A DNA stretch of 64,000 nt from Phoronis australis (taxonomy: Eukaryota > Animalia > Phoronida), in the NCBI GenBank assembly GCA_002633005.1, contig NMRA01000074.1, positions 1,049,417 through 1,113,416 on the forward strand, in the 5' to 3' direction. The translations under genes were made by a program, and so were the position numbers. The notes under the pieces were generated by a model. The model worked only from the letters and a program-made list of their open reading frames with translations. It was not told where the DNA came from and made no database searches. Of this stretch, positions 27,501 through 36,351 are shown piece after piece (within the stretch, counting starts at the first letter, position 1; each line of letters starts with the position of its first letter).

Positions 27501-30500
27501 AGTCCCAAAGAAATATTGGTGGCGTAACTGTGTTAATCGAGTGGGTTATCTGCAACTAGTAATCTGATTTGTTTGTGCAAGTGAATGCTTTTGTTTTATT
27601 TGTTCTGTACCTTTACTCATCAGCCTAAAATCAGAAAAACGCTTGAATTACCCATGCATTTTTAGTTAAGCACACTCATTGGTTAAAATTCAGCTCACGA
27701 CAGAAAAGTGGTGTATGTGGGAAATACATGGACATGCAGCGTACGTATTTTATACTATCTAAAAAAACAGCAAAAAAAAAACGAAAAGCGCTCAGCACGG
27801 AGCTTGTAAATTAGTCCATTAGGTTGTACCTATTCATATTCGGCGGCAATGCAACACAACATTCTTTGCCATCGTGGAACGACACTGTGGCCTTTGGTGG
27901 AGGGGCTTGTGGAGACTTTGGTAGTGCGGTCATTTTTTCTGAAAGTCGTCTTCAATTTCTTGAAAAAACCCTGTTGAACATGTTTTGCATCATTAACTGG
28001 AGCGGAGATACTGGTGTTTTCCGAAACGTCAAGGCTGACTGCATCAGAAGATGTCGCATTGTTGGGCAATTCTGCAACACCATACGGGTTGCCGTCATCC
28101 TCACGAATGTGTACAACGTCACCTTATTTGTCGATGCGAGATTTCGTAATCATGTCGTCCTCAGCATCGCGTTGAGGGCTACAGAAGCTTCTTGTGACAT
28201 GGTTGGCAGAACAAATTGCGGGACCAGTGGGGTTGACGTTTATTAGAAGCCGACCGCGAACGCTGTCTGGTTTGTAAGGAATTGGAGATCTAACGATGGT
28301 CTCTTCGATATCAGTATTGGTTTTCTCTACCTGAGTTTTCTCTGGCTTGTTAGCACTGCATGTAGACGACATTGGATCTTTTCTCTCCAGGATCTGGGGC
28401 TCTGCGGTTTCACATGCGTTGTTCTGCTCGATTTTTGTCGCCTTTTTCGTCTCGTATTCTATGAAATACTCGATGAGGGCTGCTTCAGTGCTTGTGGGTT
28501 ATGCGGTTTGCCTCAGATTTTCGGCATAACAACTCACTCTGATAGAAGCTCAAGTCATTTATGTATCCCTCGTATATTTCTTTTACTCCAAGATCAGTCT
28601 CTGCTTCATTGAGTTCAATGGCAGCGTCCAATACTTCGGCCAACCATTTTTCATCGTCGATGTTTTTGCAATGGTCTGCGTTACCGAGCATGAAGCCCCA
28701 CACAAAAGATACTACTTTATCAGTCATTCTCAATACAGATTGAGAAATACAGCTAACACACCGCACTAAATATAATGTCATTCTTTCGAGCAAATTTTCT
28801 AATTTCCATCCGGTAGCCATTTGTAGGTCCATTATATAAATGATTAACGATTACGTATAATGTACGTCAACAATAGCACGACGTCACAAATCAAAGACGT
28901 CATTGGGCAATTTTTAATAACAATTTTCAACCAACTTTAAACAACCTTTAAACATGCATAATCTCATTAAATTGCAAATGAAGGACTAAATTTAGACACG
29001 TCAACTACATCGGGGACGGAACCTACGAATTGGAGATGAAAAAGAAGACCGTCCGCCTGAACCTGCCGCTTCAAATAGGCTTCCTTGTTTATCTGTACGC
29101 AAAGTTGCGCGTGTTGGAGTTTTACTATGACTTCATGTTGAGAGTCGTCGACTGATCTGATTTCGAACATTGCGAGACGGACACACACTCGGCGTACGTG
29201 GCTATATCCGGTAACTGTCTAGAGGGCGTGATTAAACCAGACATGCGAGCAGCTTTAGAGAGGGAAAAACATCTTTGGTTTCCGCGAACGGACACGGAAG
29301 AAAACGAAGCCTAAGACACGCGCACGCCCGACTTATTGAAACTGGAATTTGAAGGGGACTACTGCATCGCACTTTGCTCTATAACGTATTACGAAGAGGC
29401 GGACGACGTTAAATCTCATTTTAGCTGTAAAGGAGTGCAACGACAGAGAAATGTAATCGACAAGGCGAGGTATCTCAAAGTGTTACAGACCACGAAGAGT
29501 AGCTCGGCCCTCAACGAAGGGTTTCGGTTAGGCGGTGATAACACTATGTATACCTACCTGCAAGAGAGGTGCGCGTTCACCTACTTTTATCCCAAAAGAC
29601 AAGTGTTCGACGACGGCGTCACCACTGGACTTTGAACATTTAATTCGGGACATTTAATAATTTGCTACTAATAATTTACTACTTTTACGGATAATGGTGT
29701 CTGAACGTCTTGATGATTTTTGTAGTGTATTCGATTTTACTTGTCATTAATACACGTTTAAACAATATCAGGTTTATGTTCTATTTTTGGTGACCACATC
29801 TTATTATTAATACTATTCGTTTAGTACCGTCGGTACCTGAGTTAGACTTTACGCGACATCTGTTGTTGAGTCGGATGGTTATCCCTTTTTGTAGCGGAAT
29901 ATACACAACATTTGTTTTCGATCAATGAGAACAATATACAACAACGACAATTGGCGCACACGAAATAAGGTACCTTTTGTTCTTATTCAGAAGCCTGATC
30001 CCTCTTTTGTTTCGGCTCTCAATCCGTTGCGAGAAGCCGCAAAAACGTGCCATGAAAGCATCGAGGTGCCTCTCTAACGGGTCTAATTAAACATATTACG
30101 TCATGAAGTGTGACGTCATTGACACATCCGTCCGGTAGGTGAATAATTTCCCTTCCGATTGCAGTTATCACACGTGACCTTTGACCTTTTCCTTTCGCAT
30201 TGATGACCTTTGACCGAGGAGCCGCAAAAACAGGCGTGCTAAACCTCTTACTATATTACTCAGTTACTTAGTGGAGAAAACTGGTTCTCAAAATTTGGGC
30301 ACGCTACATCAGACCATCACCACAAGGTCTGCAAAAGCTATTCTCATGGCATTTCATTCCAATGTCATGATTGTGACGAGACTCTGCTGGCGATTGTAAA
30401 TTGTTGGCCTGAATATTATCACTTTGCTCATTAATGTCATGAAATGCCGCAAGACAGTTGGACCTTCTGATCGTGAAAGGTCTTTTTAACGGCTGACTTG

Positions 30501-32188
30501 CTTTTCGACAGTGACCATCTACTGAGCAAGCTAGAGAAGGTGGTCACTGTCTAACTTGCATGTTGGTGAAAGTCCTATCAGCCCTCTTGCGACTTTCACG
30601 AGAACGAGGTACAAATTTGTTTTAGCCACTTACTTCTATATCAAACACAGGACCCCATTTGTTGAAGTTAGCTGTGTTGTTACCAATTCGAATGTCTACG
30701 ATGTCGCTTATGGCTACACCTGGAACAAGAGATCAATTTTTTTTTGTGCACTCACTCGGCAACCAGTAAAGCTGAGACCTACGCTAGGACCTCGCTTAAA
30801 TCTATCCAAAATCATGTGTTCTCATTTACAATGCATGTCAATATGTCATGTAATCTCGCGAAGTCTTGCTTTTTAGCAAGGTCCTGGCGTTTGAGAACTA
30901 CATGTATGCCCAGATGATTGACATCATGTAGCGCATACCACGTGACGATTATTGTATTGTTCATGCGACTTCAGTAGACTAAGCAGTGCATTAATGAATA
31001 CCTACTGGACTTATTACAACTGAATTTTGACGTGATAAGTTGGATAAAAAACAAAAATCCAATTAGGAATTTCACACTCGTCATATTCCTTTCTGCGATA
31101 TGGTTTCATATCCGTCACCAACTCAACTCACAGGTAAAGCGTACATGCGCCATTTTCGAATTTGCTATTTTAGGGTTGGTCAGTCTCAATAAAGTGTGAA
31201 ACGTTTTCTCCAGTTATCGTATTGAAAGTTTCGATGTTCTTGGTAACTGAAATGGTACCCTGTCGCTGTAAAGAGTGCTATGATTCGATTTTTGTTTTTT
31301 TAGTGAACAAAGTACTGCTAATTGTGGCTTTAGGTGAAAATTATTGATTATTAGAATCACTGAAACACCATTTGTTCAATTTATTCAAATGGTCATGAGA
31401 GAGTGCATGTTTTTATGTCGTTGCGGCAATAGTTGTTCACTTTGAGATCCGATTAATGCGTGACCTCTGGCGCCACGAAGCGGTTGCACGGTCTACAAGG
31501 ACTCCAGCTGTATTGTAAATGTAAGTCAAAGTGGTCCTTGCACAAAGTCGGTGCTGCAACCGTGCGACATGAGTCTAAACTCTCTTAACTATGGAAGCTA
31601 AAACATGAACAGTTCCTTCATTGGACGATTGTTTAGGGAACTTGCAAATATTTTTCGCCGCAAGTGCGTGGCTAATGACTCGCGTCTACGGAACGCAACC
31701 CTGGGACCTGTTTCACTACGAAAAGTGATTTAAAATAAAATCGGTCTTACTCTCCCACTTCACATTTTCTGAATAAAACTTCAACCAAGTAATTGTGAGA
31801 AAAGAACAGTCTAGAAAAAACCTACAAAACCATTTTACTATTTACGGCACTTAATTGTATATTGTCAGACTTTGCATTTTTCCTTAGGTCAGATTTGGTT
31901 ATTTTTCATAAAATAAATTTGTGGACCGCATGATTGACCAAATTTTTTACTTCAGTCAATTTTCATGAAAAAGTACTCAGGATTCACTTTGAGAAAGTGC
32001 CCGGATTATACTTATATCTTATGGCGGACTAGTACCTATCACATCGTCTTCGCCTTTCTTCTTCTCCGAACCCCGGTACCTGAGCTGCGACAGGTCCTCG
32101 GTCACGTAAAACCAGCGAGGATACATTCCCATCACCGTCACTTTCTTCAGCTCCGTGCCTTTCGTCAAGAACTTGTGTATGTCAGGTT
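3592..32188 (-). CDS. PLCD: phosphoinositide phospholipase C delta-like, tandem copy B (PH-EF-X-Y-C2); first coding exon not resolved
   Basis: Exons (minus, all GT-AG, phases consistent): 32036-32188, 30634-30719, 22122-22312, 20032-20161, 19245-19366, 18574-18737, 17619-17739, 16813-16898, 15642-15762, 13270-13438, 12671-12917, 12180-12359, 11642-11746, 7898-7962, 6946-7078, 5274-5423, 3592-3674 (TAG). Motifs: [85 protein letters not shown]. Confidence 0.93.
3798..4168. mobile_element. TTAA-flanked MITE (Kolobok-type termini)
   Basis: TTAA-AGGCCACCAATG ... CATTGGAAGCCT-TTAA. Confidence 0.7.
4173..4516. mobile_element. second MITE abutting the first and sharing its TTAA; related copies near 31000-31330 and 53450-53520
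   Basis: Left ATCTGCATTTCGCCCTATTTG matches the reverse complement of the right end, AGCTGCATTAAGCCCTGTTTAG. Core 'tccgtcaccaa..caagtcac..catgcgccattttc.aatttgc.attt.agggttg' recurs at about 31110-31180. Confidence 0.6.
5845..6620 (-). mobile_element. truncated Kolobok transposon relic (same family as 23148-24448)
   Basis: 5845-5995 matches the TIR at 23148 onward (gttcgttgattatcccagaca, ctactccggaagtgac). 6395-6615 matches 23530-23740. Decayed transposase-like peptides on the minus strand. Confidence 0.75.
7220..7790. mobile_element. TTAA-type MITE, same family as 16159-16657
   Basis: TTAA-AGTGGCTTAGAACGCAAAAA ... TTTTTGCGTTCCATGCCTCT-CTAA. Interior 7560-7730 aligns by eye with 16478-16600. 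Confidence 0.7.
8058..8305 (+). mobile_element. 3' fragment of a hAT transposon (end of the dimerisation domain plus terminus)
   Basis: 8058-8129 translates to [23 protein letters not shown], resembling the hAT C-terminal S-L-S-P-x-x-V-D-x-L-I-F-L motif. It is followed by subterminal CCGAACCG/GTACCG repeats and a ...CACCTCTA end. Confidence 0.6.
14387..15251 (+). mobile_element. non-autonomous IS3EU-type DNA transposon with subterminal minisatellite arrays
   Basis: Termini TACGGTGGCTGTAAAAGG ... CCTTTCACAGCCACAGTA with an exact 6-bp TSD GTTCTA (TAY..RTA ends plus 6-bp TSD are the IS3EU pattern). Internal remnant 14796-14984 reads [29 protein letters not shown], like the IS3EU transposase N-terminal HTH region. 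Confidence 0.75.
14437..14710. repeat. 21-bp minisatellite (~13 units, CTATCTCTATCGATAGACTTA) with palindromic core; inverted degenerate array at 15110-15210
   Basis: Directly visible tandem units containing the palindrome TCTATCGATAGA. Confidence 0.95.
16159..16657. mobile_element. TTAA-flanked MITE (Kolobok-type)
   Basis: TTAA-AGTGACATGGACCATGAAAAAC ... GTTTTTGCGTTCCATGTCTAT-TTAA. Second copy at 7220-7790. Confidence 0.75.
21355..21505. mobile_element. ~150-bp MITE family; copies at 30764-30891 and 38266-38378, weaker relatives near 17870, 36790 and 45230
   Basis: TIR GCCTCCCGTTCAGTAA ... TTACTGAACAGGAGGC. Core aggacctacgctaggacctagctaaaacctagtcaaagtcacg recurs in both orientations. Confidence 0.75.
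21981..22013. repeat. imperfect (CAG)n microsatellite in an intron
   Basis: cagcagcagcagaagcagcaacagcagcagcag. Confidence 0.8.
23148..24448 (-). mobile_element. internally deleted Kolobok DNA transposon with ~315-bp TIRs and TTAA TSD
   Basis: TTAA-AGGCAAAGGCAACCTTTTTTCATG ... CATGAAAAAAGGTTGCCTTCGCC-TTAA. TIRs at about 23148-23465 and 24137-24448. Encodes a THAP domain and a decayed G-A-x-V-T-I-x-x-E-C-A-A-G-x-S-G-K-W-D-S segment like the Kolobok transposase C..GH...W.S motif. Confidence 0.85.
23480..24184 (-). pseudogene. THAP-domain (C2CH) transposase N-terminus, frameshifted and truncated
   Basis: ORF 23885-24184: [10 protein letters not shown]...HRFPKD...W...CSGKHF...LKKGSIPSL, the THAP consensus. 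Continues in other frames with stops. Confidence 0.85.
27830..28832 (-). pseudogene. Polinton cargo gene of unknown function, ~330 codons, disrupted by one frameshift and two stops
   Basis: ORFs 28485-28832, 28124-28372 and 27830-28069 join into one reading (the last two share a frame, separated by one TAA). Helical N-terminus, low-complexity middle, C-terminus [11 protein letters not shown]...RWQRMLCC. Confidence 0.7.
28988..29635 (+). pseudogene. protein-primed DNA polymerase B (pPolB) C-terminal fragment of Polinton/adintovirus
   Basis: One frame reads [92 protein letters not shown]. Catalytic DTDS has decayed to DTHS and there are two stops. Confidence 0.9.
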
Positions 32189-35100
32189 CTGCAATGATTT
32201 AGTTGATTTACACCTGGCGTCTGTTTGATGACACGTGACTGAAAACTCAAGTCAGAAATTTGGCCTAACACTCCCATTATTACTTCAGAAATGGGGGATA
32301 GATCGAGTAGTTACCTGTCGGCTACCTGCTTGTGTTTGCGGACCTAGCTTTTGAGCCCGTCCTGTGCCCTTCGTCGCAACCAACAGCCACTAGGTGGTGT
32401 TGGACATCCACCAAGGACCGCGTATTGGTAACAAAGAGACGCGAAGATTTCCGCCAGTACCTCAACGAAGGGCCAGGACGGCCAGGTAGGTCCACAAACA
32501 CAAACAGGTCGCCGATTATCGGTAACTAATCTTCTATCCGCTATACTGTTTAAAGGCGCAAGCTATGAACATTCATTCTGTTATTTCAGAAATATTTGTA
32601 ACTACATCTGAAAACATGCAGATAACAGCTAGTTTGTGAGAAAATTTCGAAAATCGTTTCTGGAGTGTGGTGCGCGCTAGGCAATAACCATCGCCTTTGC
32701 TGATCAGACCATGGTCATTGCCTAGGTGCGCGCATAACTACTTGGCTAAGCATTTTTTTCAGCAGTTGTCAGTGGAAGCGCCAGACCGAATTTCTGTCTT
32801 AAGTCTTAAGTTACTTTCTAGCCTTGGTGACGCGTATGAAGTGAATTGACCTGAACAAGTCATGACTGAACGAAAAAGATTGGTATTCCCGAAATTGGGC
32901 TTCGCATGTTAAACTTAGATTATCAGATTTCGGATTCTACAAGGTTTGATTGAATCAAGGTGTCGAATTTGCAAATTCATTCCTGGAAAATTTCACACAA
33001 CGAAAAAGGACTGTTATTTACAAGGGTGGCTACAAAGTATGTGTTTTAACTCTAAATTGTATTTTGATAACAATTTAAGACAGAATTTAATTTGAAATTA
33101 GTCTAACTATACTTATAGAGATTATGACCACGGTACGTTTTTATTCCGGCTCTGAATCACCAACCGAAGCAGGCAGGTACTTAATTATTGTTCGGGCATT
33201 AAGTGTGCCTCTTCTGGCTCACTATTACGAGGACGAATTTCTTTTTCTTTTTAATTTTGATAAGTATATTGACGTGTACGTGTATTTCTTTAACCACCGT
33301 TCGATGTTTAAATTCACTAAGCTGACATCAACGTGTGATAAGGAACACCTTTTTAACCTCAGCAAATTTGTATCCTCAGTCTTTTAACTTCGTGAGAACT
33401 TACTGCGGGGTTAAATATTGAACATGTACTATGGACCTTCATTAGCGAAATGATATCATCTCAGCCATGGCGTAATGCATTTCAAGCAACTGGTGTCTCT
33501 AACGCATAGTTGCTTTGCAGCTACTTTCCTTCGACCAACACGTCAATGCGTACCCTTTCAGGTTTACGGCTGTAAATTCGTCACTGACGTTACTCGCGAA
33601 ACTTTCCTTTGCAGCTAGCGCCCTCATGTGACCGGAGAGGCGCTGCAAATGGGAACTCCTGGACGCCACCGCGCATGTCTGAGGTAATCGCCCGTAATGA
33701 AAACAACAATCATGCGGTCTTGAACTTTTACACAGGACAGATGAATGACACTACTTTGTTAAACACCATCTTGTGCTACTCCGGAATAACGTTAAGTGGA
33801 CTGGTGACATCGACATAATGGGTTCCAGTATTTCTTGGACTTCAGCAGGCCTGCAGACATTGGCATCAATCGCCGAAAGCAGTCGCTAAAGGTCGTTCCA
33901 CAACTTCATCAGCAGAATAAGGGTAGAACGCCATTTTTCCAACACCGTTAAATAATTTAGTTTACTCAAGGAAGACTGTAGTTTTAATGACACTAATTTT
34001 GTGTCAGATTTTATCTTACCACTTTTTTACCACATCGGTGCAAAGCTGTATATTTAGTATACAGCTTTGTACCAAGGCTACCCAGGTCCCAGTTGCGTAA
34101 GGTTTACCGCTCAAGAGCAACAATAACGTCGCATTATCACGCGTCACGTTGATATTGTTGAACAATGTAACTGACGTCATGCAACAATCAAACTTATCCA
34201 GCGTTTAAGTCTAGAGGTTGTATGCAACCCAGCCCTGGAAAGTTGCAAAAAACATATGAAATTCAAAGTACTACTAATAAAACTTGCCTAAAAAGTCATC
34301 CATTGTTATGAATTCCACTGACGCCACGCAAATCTCTATAAAGTCTGATACGTTGACACGGGGGAACTCCTTATTCCAGAAGTTACATCATGGCTTGTCA
34401 ACATGCTAAAAATCTTTTTAAAAATCATTGGTATACACCACGCGACTTCAACTTGAGCATGCACTACATGCACGCAAGCGCTTGTAGACACGTGACTAGA
34501 CTGCGGATCTTTTGCAACACCTTGATAACAACAGGCTTGATGACGCACTTAACATTTGAACCTTGCTACAAGCTGTATAAACACTTTGGTGAATCGGGCG
34601 TTTGATAAGGAATTCCGTATTAAATGCGCATTTTACGGAAAATTATCGAGAACGTATCATCACGCATTTATGTAGGCTAAATTTGTCGGTCAAACCCACC
34701 AACTTAAGTCCAAACAGGTTTAGAAGTCTCAAGGCCTTACGTAAAGAGTGTAGGCCGTTCTCAATCAATGCACCCGCACTGCACATCAAATTTTGAGTAG
34801 GACAAGCTCAAATCACATCTGCATGCAGAAATTATTCTGCAGAAATAGTACGGCGAATATAACTGTACGGATATAAAATCCTTCAAAAGTACGGATTGAC
34901 ATTCGACATTTTACTGTTCGTTTGTCACTCCGCCATTTTTTACTTAACGATGAATTATATACATTGGCTTGACTCATTGGCTGGTATTCGGGTCGCGCAT
35001 CAAACGCCAATGCCACGTGACCTATAAATTACGATTTTGAAAACAGTGCTAAAATCAGCTATTTCCCTTACTTGTAAATATTTAGAACGGTTCTTTGTCG

Positions 35101-36351
35101 AATAATTATTGAGCAGACACATATTGTCGACCCCCACCAAACAAGATATGAATAGAATAGATGCTCTCATTGATGAAAGCAATTGAGATTTTTCAAATAA
35201 CATATTTAATTTGTGTAGTTTTCGTGGTTTTAAAACAGTTATTTATTTGTCAATTATCACATTTTTGTTTCACTTCAAAATACACGGATACTGACTAATT
35301 CTCTGTATAAGGACCCAGACTGAGGAATTCTCAGTAGGCCGGTACCTGATTGGGGAATTCTTAGTACATGGGCTCTGATTGCATGGGGAGGTGTAAAAGT
35401 AAACGAAGCTAGACGCTATGATTAATTTTCCAGTTAATTCGAAGCAAACAATAAAATATGTTTAGGACTGCAGCCCTACCTTAATTCGAAGATGTCCGAC
35501 CGGACCTGCAAACTGAAAGATTTCATATCAAAAGAAACCATTAATGCCACGTACAAGCGCCACTTGCGTCATTTCAACTGAAATCTGCAGTTTATTGCCC
35601 AGCAAGGAGCGCAGTGTAAAAGTTCGTTGCTTAAAGAGTTGTAACGACACAGCTGTTTGGTCGACGAATCTGCAGCGATTTTAACACCAAAGCCAGTGGC
35701 CAGCCGCTTTTAAGAGGGTTCCACGACTTATTTTCGCCTTTATATTCTAAAGATTTGGTGCACATCCGTGCCACATCTTCTCAGATATTCATTGGAAACG
35801 AGTTTGACAAAGTATCCGATAGTAGATGCCAGCGAATCCAGTAAGCCCGCAGTCCCGCAGAGGGCGGTCGCCTTATAGTCAGGAAAACACATTCAGGTAA
35901 GAATGTCTTAAATTTTTAATAACTCGTAAATTTTCAATATATACATGTACATTTGCTTGCAACAAATACTAAAATAACAAAAGTAGCACACATGCAACGG
36001 TTTAGATACTACGAATGTCTCACAAATCGGATTTTCTTTGAACAATGGTTCTCCAGAACATGATACCCCATTTGGCACTGTTCCAAGGGTCAACAAATAA
36101 CAGTTAAGACACAAAAATCTAGTATTGCCATCACCATGACAGAAGTTAATATGATTGTTTATACTGATACGTTGACCCCACGCTACAGCTGCTTGATAAA
36201 CTGAAGCGTCACCACCTGACACATTGCAATGACGTCAGAACAGAGAAAAATGTTGCTGATGTCTCTCCAACAACAAACCTCAGACACAGTTAACTATAAG
36301 ACGAACGTACATGGTACAAGAATCAACAAATACTCTTTTCAATAACGGTGA

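Larger units (their letters stand above)
26525..30260. mobile_element. non-autonomous, internally deleted Polinton/Maverick (adintovirus-like) element
   Basis: Termini AGTAGTGTAGTAAGAGG ... CCTCTTACTATATTACT. Exact 6-bp TSD CAGTTA (26519-24 and 30261-66). TIRs at about 26525-27072 and 29710-30260. Contains a pPolB C-terminal fragment. Confidence 0.92.
26474..30317. mobile_element. small hairpin MITE split by the Polinton insertion (arms about 26474-26513 and 30278-30317)
   Basis: Outside the CAGTTA TSDs, gtctgatataacgtgcccgtattttgagaaccagttt is the reverse complement of aaactggttctcaaaatttgggcacgctacatcagac. Confidence 0.7.

Noticed and set aside
32315-32530. candidate first coding exon of PLC copy B
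   Set aside because: In-frame stops and no in-phase ATG for either nearby donor; at most a non-coding exon.
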